A stretch of DNA of 64,000 bases from Terriglobia bacterium (GTDB lineage: Bacteria > Acidobacteriota > Terriglobia > 2-12-FULL-54-10). The stretch is from contig CAXVYR010000004.1 of NCBI GenBank assembly GCA_963666975.2, forward strand, positions 1,920,001 to 1,984,000. Reading direction: 5' to 3'. Both the position numbers and the translations under genes were made by a program. Shown piece by piece: positions 39,331-48,847 of the stretch (position 1 is its first letter; the number at the start of each line of letters is the position of its first letter). The notes below the pieces were generated by a model, which searched no databases, was not told where the DNA came from, and saw only the letters and a program-made list of their open reading frames with translations.

Positions 39331-41064
39331 ATGCGCTGGGTGACGCAGGAGCCGGACGCTCTGTCCACCCAAAAGCTTTCTCAACAGCTCGGCATCTCTC
39401 CTTTGCTGGCACGCCTGCTGACCCTGCGCGGACTGGGAGAACCGGAGGCGGCACACCGCTTTTTGCACCCGAGTCTGGACCACCTCCACGACCCGACCCG
39501 AATGCTGGGGATGGAGGCTGCCGTCCGGCGGATCTTTCAGGCCATCGAGCACAAAGAAAAAATCCTCATCTACGGCGACTATGACGTGGACGGCGCGATG
39601 GCGGTCGTTATTCTTCATAGCACGCTGTCGCTGCTGGGAGCCGATGTTCATGACTACATCCCGCACCGCTTCCGCGACGGCTATGGAATGCGCACGGAGG
39701 TGATGGAGCAGGCCCATCAGCAAGGTTTCTCAGTCATCATCAGCGTCGACACCGGCATCCGCGCCCACGCCGTGGTGGAGCGAGCCCGGGAGCTGCACCT
39801 TGATTGCATCATCACGGACCACCATCTTCCGGCCGCTCCCGGCGAGGAGGCCGGAGGCATCCCGCGCGCGCTGGCGGTGCTCAACCCCAAGCAACCCAAC
39901 TGCCCGTACCCGGACAAAAACCTCTGCGGGGCGGGCGTTGCCTTCAAACTGGCCCAGGCGCTGCTGCAGAGCCGTCTTGCGGACTCGGCCCGTCTCGCCC
40001 GCCTCATCTCTTCTCTTCTAAAAATAGTTTGCATCGGGACGATTGCCGATATCGTGCCGCTGGTGGGGGAGAACCGCGTCATCGCGCGTTTGGGCCTGGA
40101 CGGACTGCGCCAGCCCGTCAACCCCGGTCTGAAGGCGCTGATCCAGACTGCGGGCCTGGAAGGCAAAGCCATCACAGCCGGAGACGTGGGGTTCCGCCTG
40201 GCGCCCCGCATCAACGCCGCAGGCCGCATGGAGAGCGCCCAGGAGGTGATTGAGATGTTCACCGTGGCAGGCTCGGAACGCGCACAGCAAGTGGCGCTCA
40301 AGCTGAATCGCCTCAACTCCGAGCGGCAGAACGCGGAAAAGGAAATCATCGCAGACATTGAGCAGCGTCACCGGCAGCAACCGGAAAGCTTCACCGACAC
40401 CTTTCTGGTGCTGGCAGGAGAGGGATGGCACCGGGGCGTGGTCGGCATTGTGGCCAGCCGGATGGTGGACCGCTTTCACAGGCCGGCGCTGGTGATCTCC
40501 TGCGAGAACGGGACCGGCCACGGGTCGGGACGCTCCATCGAGAAGTTTCACCTGCTGGATGCGCTCACCGCATGCGGCGAGCTCTTTGACCGCTTCGGGG
40601 GACACGCCTCCGCCGCCGGCTTTGCCCTGCCCGTGGGGCGGATCGAGGAACTGCGCCGGAGGCTGAACGAGTACGCCGCCGGACGCCTCGGCCCTGATGA
40701 GTTGACGCCGGAGATGAACGTAGACGCTGAAATCCGTTTCGAGGATATTTCTCCGGAGATGATCGAGGAACTGGAGCGGCTGGCCCCCCACGGATATGGA
40801 AATCCCCGGCCTGTCTTTTCCACGCGGGACGCCCGGGTATTGGGCCGTCCGCGCCTGCTGCAAGACAAACACCTCAAGATGCAAGTCGCCCAGCAAGGCC
40901 GCGTTTTGGATGCGATTGGATGGCGCAAGGGGGAATGGCTGGAAAAGCTGACCAACGGTGACTCCAATCTTGATCTGGCCTTCCATCTGGAGCGTAATTA
41001 CTATATGAATCAAGAGAGGCTGCAATTGGAGCTGCTGGACCTGATTACTCGAACCGGCCCCTGA
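39331..41064 (+). CDS. recJ: ssDNA exonuclease RecJ
   Basis: YGDYDVDG, VDTG, TDHH, GTIADIVPL, APRINAAGR, FGGHASAAG. Confidence 0.96.
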   Translation: MRWVTQEPDALSTQKLSQQLGISPLLARLLTLRGLGEPEAAHRFLHPSLDHLHDPTRMLGMEAAVRRIFQAIEHKEKILIYGDYDVDGAMAVVILHSTLSLLGADVHDYIPHRFRDGYGMRTEVMEQAHQQGFSVIISVDTGIRAHAVVERARELHLDCIITDHHLPAAPGEEAGGIPRALAVLNPKQPNCPYPDKNLCGAGVAFKLAQALLQSRLADSARLARLISSLLKIVCIGTIADIVPLVGENRVIARLGLDGLRQPVNPGLKALIQTAGLEGKAITAGDVGFRLAPRINAAGRMESAQEVIEMFTVAGSERAQQVALKLNRLNSERQNAEKEIIADIEQRHRQQPESFTDTFLVLAGEGWHRGVVGIVASRMVDRFHRPALVISCENGTGHGSGRSIEKFHLLDALTACGELFDRFGGHASAAGFALPVGRIEELRRRLNEYAAGRLGPDELTPEMNVDAEIRFEDISPEMIEELERLAPHGYGNPRPVFSTRDARVLGRPRLLQDKHLKMQVAQQGRVLDAIGWRKGEWLEKLTNGDSNLDLAFHLERNYYMNQERLQLELLDLITRTGP

Positions 41065-41161
41065 AAGTTTGCGGATTAAATTCCTGCACGCGGCGTGATA
41101 AGCGAATCACCGCAACGGGCGACCTCAAGCCGGGTTAGAATGAATAGGTGAGGCGTCTGCC

Positions 41162-42226
41162 GTGAAGCATCCCCAAACCCATCGAAGCCCCCGCGTTCTC
41201 TGTTTGAGTTTGTTGCTTCTGTCCAGCGCGGCCTTTTTGGCCAGTGCGGCTTTTTCTCAGCGGACAGATTCTCCATCCGCCGTTCAGCAATCCGCCGTTC
41301 AGCAATCTAATGTTTTGCAATCCCCCGTTCAGCAATCCGATGACGCCGGGGTCATCAAAGTAGATGTGTCCGTCGTGAACGTGCTCTTCACGGTCCGGGA
41401 CGGCAAAGGGCGGCTGATTTCCAACCTGCAAAGGTCGGACTTCGACCTGCGCGAGGACGGCAAGCGGCAGCAGATCCGCTACTTCACGCGGGAGACCAAG
41501 CTCCCGCTGACGCTGGGGCTGCTGGTGGACTCGAGCGTCAGCCAACAACGCTTGATCCCGGAGGAGCGCCGCGCTGCCGCCGCATTCTTCGAGCAGGTGC
41601 TCGGCAAGCAGGACGCGGCTTTCCTGATGAGCTTTGACGTGAACGTGGACCTGCTGCAAGACCTCACCGGCAGCGTGGACTTTTTACGCCGGGCGTTGGG
41701 AGAGATTCAGGTCAACGGGGGAGGCGGCATGCAAGGCCCGTTCCCCAGCGTGCGAGGGGGCGGCACCCATCTCTACGATGCCGTCTATCTGGCCGCCCGC
41801 GAGGTGCTGGCGCCGGAGGTGGGCCGCAAAGCCCTCATCTTGATCAGCGACGGGCAGGACCAGGGCAGCCGCGTGAAACGCGAGGCGGCCATCGAAGCGG
41901 CGCAACGCAACGACGCCATCCTGTACGGGATACTCTTCGTCGACCGCGGTTTTTACGGCCGCGGCAGCTTCGGTTACTCGGGCGAATCCACGCTGAAGAA
42001 GCTGGCGGAAGAAACCGGCGGAAGGGTATTCAACATTCGGAGTGATAAAGACTTGTCAGGAGCCTTCGAGCAGATCTCCAGCGAGCTGCGCAGCCAGTAC
42101 AGCCTGGGATACACCCCCACCAATGCGGCGCGCGACGGAAGCTTTCGGAAAGTCCAGGTGAAAGCAACGCGGCGGGGACTCCGCGTGCAGGCCCGCAAAG
42201 GTTACTACGCCCCGACGGGGGGGTAG
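41162..42226 (+). CDS. Acidobacterial VWFA-related (VWA) secreted protein
   Basis: MIDAS-like DSSVS, GTHLYDAV, ISDGQD, ETGG, LRSQYSLGY, ARKGYY; signal peptide. Confidence 0.88.
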   Translation: MKHPQTHRSPRVLCLSLLLLSSAAFLASAAFSQRTDSPSAVQQSAVQQSNVLQSPVQQSDDAGVIKVDVSVVNVLFTVRDGKGRLISNLQRSDFDLREDGKRQQIRYFTRETKLPLTLGLLVDSSVSQQRLIPEERRAAAAFFEQVLGKQDAAFLMSFDVNVDLLQDLTGSVDFLRRALGEIQVNGGGGMQGPFPSVRGGGTHLYDAVYLAAREVLAPEVGRKALILISDGQDQGSRVKREAAIEAAQRNDAILYGILFVDRGFYGRGSFGYSGESTLKKLAEETGGRVFNIRSDKDLSGAFEQISSELRSQYSLGYTPTNAARDGSFRKVQVKATRRGLRVQARKGYYAPTGG

Positions 42227-42287
42227 GTCTCCGCTCCGTTTCCTCCGCTGTCGCATGCAACCGATCGGCGACAGCTTCCTTTAGGAT

Positions 42288-42337
42288 GTTGTTGAAAAAC
42301 TGGTGTGTGGGTCCGCTTGCTAACGCGCGCGGCTCGG
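42288..42337. repeat. Inverted copy of the 50-bp REP-B + tail element at 32308-32357
   Basis: 49/50 identity by manual alignment. Confidence 0.85.
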
Positions 42338-42382
42338 ATGGATTCACCAACAACCTAACTCTACACAAACTATAAAAATGAT

Positions 42383-42709
42383 CTAGGGCACCAGCACCAC
42401 CTTGCCGAAACTGGCTCGGCTGCTGATCAACTCGTGCGCGGCGCGTGCTTGTTCGAGCGGGAAGCTGTGTCCGACCACGGGACGAATCTTGTCCTGGGAA
42501 AGCAGCTCCATTACCGCCCGCATCGCCTGCTGGATCACGTCCGGACGCGCCACGGTGAGAAAGCCGTAGCTGAACCCAGCCACGCTGATCGCTCTCGCCA
42601 TCAAGTCGGGGACGCGGGCCGCCGCGACCTGGGCAGAGGACGCGCCGTAAACCACCAGCCGTCCCAAGGGCCGCAGGCGTTTCAGGCTCTTATCGAAGAC
42701 CTTTCGCAT
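42383..42709 (-). pseudogene. C-terminal fragment of an NADPH:quinone oxidoreductase (MDR family)
   Basis: LRPLGRLVVYG, FPLEQARAAH, FGKVVL; the N-terminal GroES and Rossmann parts are absent. Confidence 0.8.
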
Positions 42710-42779
42710 TCTATTCTGACTGCTGACTCCTGAATTCCAGGGTTCTGTGCGCTCTATGCCTCTGTGGCCGGGAGTCTTT

Positions 42780-43958
42780 TCAGCGCTCCACGGCCATCGC
42801 CACCGCGTTTCCGCCGCCGAGACAGAGGGCGGCGATGCCGCGCCGGACGTTGCGGGCGATCATTTCATGGAGAAGCGTGGTCAGGATGCGCGCGCCGCTC
42901 GCGCCGATGGGATGGCCCAGCGCCACCGCGCCGCCATTGACGTTGACCTTCTCCGCATCGAGCCGCAGCTCGCGGATCAGCGCCACCGCCTGCACGGCAA
43001 AGGCTTCATTCAGCTCGTACAGGTCCACATCGTCCCGGTTCCATCCCACCTTTTTCAGAAGTTTCTCCACCGCTTCGAGCGGCGCCATCATCACCAGGGC
43101 CGGAGCGATGCCGCTCACCGACTGCCCCCGGATGCGCGCCAAAGGCTGCTTGCCCAATCGGGAAGCCGCTTTTTCCGATGTCACCACCAGGGCCGCCGCG
43201 CCGTCATTCATTCCCGGGGCATTGCCGGCGGTAACGGTCCCATCCTTCTTGAAGGCCGGCTTCAATTTTCGCAGCGTTTCCAGGCTCGCGTCCGGACGCG
43301 GACATTCATCCGTGCTGAACTGGACGGTCTGTCCCTTTTTTTTCGGAATTGTAACGGGAATGATCTGCGACTGAAAACGGCAAGCCTCTATGGCCGCCAC
43401 CGCTTTCCGGTGGCTGTTGAGGGAGTACTCATCCTGCTCTTCGCGCGTGACCCGGTACTTTTCGGCAACCACTTCGCCGGTATTGCCCATGTGCATGTCT
43501 TCAAAGGCGTCCCAGAGGCCATCGTGAACCATGGAGTCCAGGAGCTTCCCGTCGCCCAGGCGAAGCCCTTCCCGTGCTCTGGACAACAGGAGAGGGGCGT
43601 TGGACATGGATTCCATGCCGCCCGCCACGGCAATATCAATGTCGCCCACCTGAATTCCCTGCGCGGCCAGACCCACGGCCTTCAGACCCGACCCGCAAAC
43701 TTTGTTGATGGTCAGCGCGCCCACTTTTTCGGAGAGGCCCGCCCGCAGAGCCGCCTGCCGGGCCGGGTTTTGTCCCTGTCCCGCTGAAACCACATTGCCC
43801 AGGATCGCCTCTTCCACCTGCGCGGGCTCCAACCCTGCGCGCTGGACCGCCTCCTTCACTACAATCGCCCCCAACTCGGTGGCGCGCAACGGCGTCAGCG
43901 ACCCAAGAAACCGCCCAATCGGAGTACGTACCGCGCTTAAAATGACAGGCTGTTCCAT
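42780..43958 (-). CDS. Acetyl-CoA C-acetyltransferase (thiolase)
   Basis: [24 protein letters not shown]. Confidence 0.95.
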   Translation of the reverse strand: MEQPVILSAVRTPIGRFLGSLTPLRATELGAIVVKEAVQRAGLEPAQVEEAILGNVVSAGQGQNPARQAALRAGLSEKVGALTINKVCGSGLKAVGLAAQGIQVGDIDIAVAGGMESMSNAPLLLSRAREGLRLGDGKLLDSMVHDGLWDAFEDMHMGNTGEVVAEKYRVTREEQDEYSLNSHRKAVAAIEACRFQSQIIPVTIPKKKGQTVQFSTDECPRPDASLETLRKLKPAFKKDGTVTAGNAPGMNDGAAALVVTSEKAASRLGKQPLARIRGQSVSGIAPALVMMAPLEAVEKLLKKVGWNRDDVDLYELNEAFAVQAVALIRELRLDAEKVNVNGGAVALGHPIGASGARILTTLLHEMIARNVRRGIAALCLGGGNAVAMAVER

Positions 43959-44082
43959 ACTGACCCTCCTGCGGGAATGCCCAGAACGGATGATTTTAAC
44001 ACACGCAGGCTGGGGACTGCCAAGCTGTGGGTTCGGAAGATGTAGGCCAAAAGCAGCGCGTCGCGGGCAGCCGCAGAGGGCG

Positions 44083-44940
44083 TCAGTCCCTGGCGTAGCG
44101 TTTCTCGGCTTCGTTGTACTCGGGGAAGCCGACGATCTCGCGCAAGTGGGGGAAATCGGCGATGCCCGCAGGACTCTCGCTCCGCTTCAGGGAAGCCAGT
44201 GAGGTTTCCATAGACTGAATGGCGGCGAGCATCAGGGTCAGAGGGTAGAGAACGATCTTGTAACCGATCGCGTGCAGTTGTTTCGGGCTGAGCAGGGGAG
44301 TGTCTCCCTGTTCTACGAGATTAGCCATTTTGGGGCCGGGCACGGCTTTGCAGAATGCGCGCATCTGCTCTTCATTCCGTGGTCCCTCAAGAAACGTGAT
44401 GTCCGCGCCCAGCGACGCAAACGTTGTGGCACGATGAATTGCTTCCTCCAGCCCTTCCGTGGCCAGGGCGTCGGTGCGCGCCATGATGAGGATGTCAGCC
44501 CCGGCTTTTTGCTCGTCCACGGCAGCCTGAATGCGCGCAAAGGCCTCTTCCCTGTTCACCGTCTGTTTGCCGCGAGTGTGTCCGCAGCGTTTGGGCGACA
44601 CCTGATCTTCAATCATCACGCACGCGAAGCCCGCCTGGGCGTAGCCTCGCACCGTGCGCTGCACGTTGAGCGCGTTTCCGTAGCCGGTGTCGCCGTCGCC
44701 GATGACGGGTATGGAGACAGCAGAGCAAATGTTCCGGCCCTGATCCACCATCTCGGCATAGGAGATCAACCCGGTGTCCGGCATTCCGATCCGTGAAGCG
44801 GAGACCGCAAACCCGCCCATGAAGGCGGCCTGAAAGCCTGCCCGCTCGATCAGCTTTGCCGAAAGGGCGTCATAGCAGCCCGGCATTGCCAGGATATCCG
44901 GACCACTGAGCAGCTCTCGCAATCGTTCGGCAGCACTCAT
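44083..44940 (-). CDS. Isocitrate lyase/PEP mutase family (PrpB/dimethylmalate lyase-like)
   Basis: [23 protein letters not shown]. Confidence 0.9.
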   Translation of the reverse strand: MSAAERLRELLSGPDILAMPGCYDALSAKLIERAGFQAAFMGGFAVSASRIGMPDTGLISYAEMVDQGRNICSAVSIPVIGDGDTGYGNALNVQRTVRGYAQAGFACVMIEDQVSPKRCGHTRGKQTVNREEAFARIQAAVDEQKAGADILIMARTDALATEGLEEAIHRATTFASLGADITFLEGPRNEEQMRAFCKAVPGPKMANLVEQGDTPLLSPKQLHAIGYKIVLYPLTLMLAAIQSMETSLASLKRSESPAGIADFPHLREIVGFPEYNEAEKRYARD

Positions 44941-45005
44941 ATTTCCTCATCGTCAACCCTAGACACTTTCAGAGTTGCTGTAAAGCGCCTTGTTGGTAAA
45001 TCCAT

Positions 45006-45030
45006 CCGAGCCGCGCGCGTAAGTAAGTGG
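45006..45030. repeat. Degenerate REP type B unit
   Basis: CCGAGCCGCGCGCGTAAGTAAGTGG. Confidence 0.7.
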
Positions 45031-45078
45031 ACAACAAAAGCTGGGTTGACCGCTTCCTCGGTGCCTCTGTGGTTGGTT

Positions 45079-46155
45079 TTACTGTAGGTCGCTTCCAAAC
45101 AGTCTGGCCAGTTCATCCTGCTCTGGGAATTCGAGCTTCTGAGTTCTGTTGCCTCGCTGTACTAGGCAGCCCTGTTCCAGGGGAGTGATCTCCGCCACAA
45201 CCGTGGCCGGGATCGATTCGGCCCGGAGAAGTTCGATCACCTCTGCGGCTTTTTCAGCGGGCGTCCCGATCAGCAGCGCGCCGGAGGCCAGCAGGGCTAA
45301 AGGGTCCAGAGTCAGCGCGGAGCACATCTCGCGCGTCTCCGGAAGAACGGGCACATGATCGGCATATACCGCAATGCCGCGCCTGGCCGCCATGGCCATC
45401 TCCAGCAGTCCCGCCAGCACGCCGCCCTCGGTGGGATCGTGCATGGCCTTCACGGCGCCGGTTGCAGCGGCCGCCTGCGCAGCCCGCACCACGCTGATGC
45501 CGGGATCGAACAAAAGCTTTCGCGCGCGGTCCAGCACGTCGGCTGAAATCTTCCCGGACAATTTCGAATGCTTTTCCCGTGCAATTACGGCGCTGCCCTC
45601 GATGGCGACACCTTGCGTGAGCAGAATCACGTCGCCCGGCTTCAGAGAATCTTTACGAAGGAGCTTGGCTTTGTCGGCCACCTCGCCCAGCATCTGGCCG
45701 GCTACGATGGGACGCTCCAGGCCGTGAGTGATCTCGGTATGGCCGCCGCACAACGTCACGCCCAATTGCTTGCAGGCAGCCAGGATATCCTGAAAAATTT
45801 CCTCTACCATGGCCGGCGACGCCGCGCCTTCCGGCAGCAGCAGCGTGGCTAAAAACCACAGCGGCCGCGCTCCCAGAACTGCAATGTCGTTGGCATTGAT
45901 GTGTACCGAGTACCAGCCGATCTTTTCGGCTGCAAAGGTGATGGGGTCCGACTTGGCGACCAGGTAGCGGTCCGGCATCTCGATGACCGCCGCGTCTTCT
46001 CCCACGCGCGCTCCCAAGATGAGACGAGGATTGTTCGAGGGAACCTGTGCCAGCAGACGCGCCAGGTAGTCCGGCGGCAGCTTGCCCACTGGGAATGGGG
46101 GAAGTAGGTCCATTGGATTAGAGGGAACCATACCGGCGGAGGGAGAGTCCAGCAT
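45079..46155 (-). CDS. AIR synthase-related (HypE/PurM-like) protein
   Basis: GEDAA, SDPIT, NANDIA, GGHTE, MHDPTEGG. Confidence 0.85.
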   Translation of the reverse strand: MLDSPSAGMVPSNPMDLLPPFPVGKLPPDYLARLLAQVPSNNPRLILGARVGEDAAVIEMPDRYLVAKSDPITFAAEKIGWYSVHINANDIAVLGARPLWFLATLLLPEGAASPAMVEEIFQDILAACKQLGVTLCGGHTEITHGLERPIVAGQMLGEVADKAKLLRKDSLKPGDVILLTQGVAIEGSAVIAREKHSKLSGKISADVLDRARKLLFDPGISVVRAAQAAAATGAVKAMHDPTEGGVLAGLLEMAMAARRGIAVYADHVPVLPETREMCSALTLDPLALLASGALLIGTPAEKAAEVIELLRAESIPATVVAEITPLEQGCLVQRGNRTQKLEFPEQDELARLFGSDLQ

Positions 46156-46189
46156 TCATTAGGGTGGACAATTTTCTCTGGCTTGGCTC

Positions 46190-46816
46190 TTAGTAACGGC
46201 GCAAGACGCCGATCACACGGCCCTGGATGGCGACCTCGGAGGCCGCCACGCGGATCGGCTCCATCCGCGCATTGGCCGGTTGCAAGCGAATTTGGCCCTG
46301 CGTCTCCCGGTAAAAGCGCTTCAGCGTGCTCTCGCTTCCACCCACCAAGGCCACCACGATGTCGCCATCCTGCGCCTTTGCCGTTTTCTCCACCAGGATG
46401 TAGTCGCCATCCAGAATATGCTCCTCCATCATGGAGTCCCCTTTTACCTGCAATACGAACACGTCTTTCCGGCCGGTAAAGTCACTGAGAGAAACTTTCT
46501 CCGGTTGCTCGAAAGCTTCCACGGGCTGGCCGGCAGCGATGCGTCCTAACAAGGGAAGTTCGGCAGATGCTTGCTCCTGGCGCGCTCGCCGCACCTCTTG
46601 CAGATATTTCGGTCCCGGTTCCAGCGAACGGCTCCGGTTATAGCCACGCCGCAGAAAACCTTTTCGCTCCAGTGTGGAGATATGCTTGTGGACGGTCGCC
46701 AGGGAGCTCAACTTCATTGCCAGCCCAATCTCCTCAAAGCTGGGGCAATATCCGCGTTCGCGCAGAAACTCCGCAATGAAATCCATCACTTGACGCTGCC
46801 TGCGGGTGAGCACCAT
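46190..46816 (-). CDS. lexA: SOS repressor LexA
   Basis: wHTH (PSFEEI), Ala-Gly site IAAG, GDSM Ser, TLKR Lys. Confidence 0.96.
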   Translation of the reverse strand: MVLTRRQRQVMDFIAEFLRERGYCPSFEEIGLAMKLSSLATVHKHISTLERKGFLRRGYNRSRSLEPGPKYLQEVRRARQEQASAELPLLGRIAAGQPVEAFEQPEKVSLSDFTGRKDVFVLQVKGDSMMEEHILDGDYILVEKTAKAQDGDIVVALVGGSESTLKRFYRETQGQIRLQPANARMEPIRVAASEVAIQGRVIGVLRRY

Positions 46817-46880
46817 CCGCGCCGCTCCTCCTGAAAAAAATAGAAAACAGGGCTGCCCTATTGTAGCCCTGATTGCAGGC

Positions 46881-46895
46881 GAATGAAAAGCGAAT
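46881..46895 (-). promoter_or_regulatory. Putative LexA box (ATTC-N7-ATTC) upstream of lexA
   Basis: GAAT-GAAAAGC-GAAT on +; a variant of the GTTC-N7-GTTC direct repeat described for Acidobacterium and alphaproteobacterial LexA. Confidence 0.55.
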
Positions 46896-46990
46896 TCATG
46901 GCGGTTCTATCTTCCCAGCAGGAATCCGGGTGGTGTGGATGTGCAGGGTTCTTTAGATTTGTGCATATTAAATGAGGGATTCACACCCAG

Positions 46991-47226
46991 GAGCTACGGG
47001 ATGAATGCCTGAATGGAGAAATCTTCTGCTCGCTGAAGGAGGCGCAGATTGTGATTGGGCAATGGGGGGAGGAGTACAACACGGTGCGGCCGCACTCGGA
47101 ACTGGACTATAGGCCCACGGCGCCGGGGGCCTATAGTCCAGCCTTCTTCCCAAAACCCATTTCACAGCCGCAAGCTGTGGTGTGAACTCTCTCTCGTTGG
47201 GTTTGGCACAAAAAATCGGTCTGGCC
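46991..47226 (+). mobile_element. IS3-family remnant (integrase C-terminus and right end)
   Basis: Hand translation ELRDECLNGEIFCSLKEAQIVI..W..EYNTVRPHS.LDYRP, homologous to orfB at 54305. Confidence 0.75.
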
Positions 47227-47514
47227 GGGAGGAGGCATCGCTCCACCCGAATCTTTGCAAGACCGCCAAGTCCAATGGCGCGCTAGAGTTCGGGTTTACG
47301 ATTGGCTCCAGCGTGGTGCTTCGGTGTAGCTGCACATTGTCCCCCGCTGGACTTCCGACATGGCGGCGCGGCACGTTGGGTGGACAAACGTTGGGAGGAC
47401 AAACGTTAGGCGAACAGATGACCCGTCTTGCAACCGCCGAAGCGTTTTATATTCGTTGCTAGATTTGCCCGTCGCACGCTTGCCGCACTGTGGTAGGGCG
47501 GAGGAAATTCTTTC

Positions 47515-48714
47515 ATGCGAAAAGGAAGTCATCTTCAGTCATTCAGCCCCGGCTCACTGGCTGTAATCTTGATGCTGGGGGCCATGGCCTGTTCTTCCTC
47601 CGAGACCCCTCCTCCGACGGCTGACGCGCAACCCGGCGGGGCTGCCACACAGGCACAATCAACGACTTCGCAGCAAGGACCCAACGCCGATGGAAAGGCT
47701 GCGTGGGAGGTTGAGTGGGAAAAGACACTTGCAGCTGCACGGCAGGAGGGAAAGGTGGTCCTTTCCGGCCCTCCCGGAGAGTCCTGGCGGAAGGTTTTGA
47801 TGACCTTTGAGCAGGACTTTCCAGAGATCGTTGTGGAGTACACCGGAGGCAATTCCAGGGACTTTTGGCCCCGGATGTTTCGCGAGCGAGAATTGGGCCA
47901 GTATCTTTGGGATTTGCGCGTAGGAGGGCCTGACCCGCAAGTTTACGAGGCCAGAGACAATGGAATACTGGACCCGGTCCGGCCCTTGCTCCTGCTGCCC
48001 GAGGTGACAGAGGATAACAAGTGGTTTGGAGGATTCAACAACCTTTTCGTCGATAAGGAGCAGAAGTACATTGCCGGCTTTTTGGCCTATTCCTCGGCCC
48101 TGGTCTTTGTCAATCGGGACATCATTCCGGAAACAGAATTCCGGTCGGATACGGACCTGATTGACCCGCGATGGAAGGGGAAAATCGTATTACAGGACCC
48201 GCGTGGGGGCGCCGGCTTGGGGAGCATGACGGTCCTGCTAGCGGTGCACGGCGAGCAGTTCGTCCGTGACCTGCTGTCAAACCAAGACGTGGCGGTGACC
48301 GGCGACAACCGCCAGCAGGCGGAATGGATCATTTGAGGCCGCTATCCGATCGGGATCGGGGTGCTCCCTGACCAATTAATGTACTTGAGGCAGAGCGGGT
48401 TGGAATTCAATGTCCAGCGCCTGCGGGAAGGAGCTGCGGGTCTCAGTGTGGGATTCGGCGGCATCCAACTCATGAACCGCGCCCCTCATTCCAATGCCGC
48501 AAAGGTGTATATCAACTGGCTGCTCTCGCAGAAGGCGCAGAACTCAGTGGCTCAGGCCTTGCGATTGAACAGCCGCCGCCTGGATGTGCCCACGGGTAAT
48601 CCGGAAACAGTGATTGATCCGAACCGACTGGAGGACTTTGTCCCGCACCAATACGAGCATTTTCTGCAGCTTCGCCAGCGAAGCGTGGAGTTGACCTCAA
48701 AATTCCTCAATTGA
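47515..48714 (+). pseudogene. ABC substrate-binding lipoprotein with an in-frame TGA at 48334-48336
   Basis: Lipobox-like AMAC, WEKTLAAARQEGKV, DPRWKGKI, APHSNAAKVYINWLLS; the two ORFs are in frame across WII*GRYP. Confidence 0.8.
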
Positions 48715-48847
48715 TGCGTTGGCAAACTGAATTTCCGGGTTAAGATTCTTTCGGCTCGCGAATCAATGGGCCTTCACGGGGAAGCAGGAAACTTGTTTTC
48801 GATCAAGGTGGGACTGCTATAAGGTTTACACATTAGGAGGTGAGGGA

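Noticed and set aside
41276-41335. 15-bp repeats in the VWA gene (SAVQQ-like x4)
   Set aside because: In-frame low-complexity linker expansion after the signal peptide.
45079-46155. AIR-synthase-like gene as selD supporting the selenoprotein idea
   Set aside because: It lacks the N-terminal Cys/Sec-x-x-Lys motif of SelD and looks like the generic HypE-like family.
48334-48336. In-frame TGA in the SBP gene as selenocysteine (a small CCGAT-CGGG-ATCGG hairpin follows)
   Set aside because: The context WII*GRYP best fits CGA(Arg)->TGA, there is no Cys-type motif, and the hairpin is explained by Pro-Ile-Gly-Ile-Gly codons.
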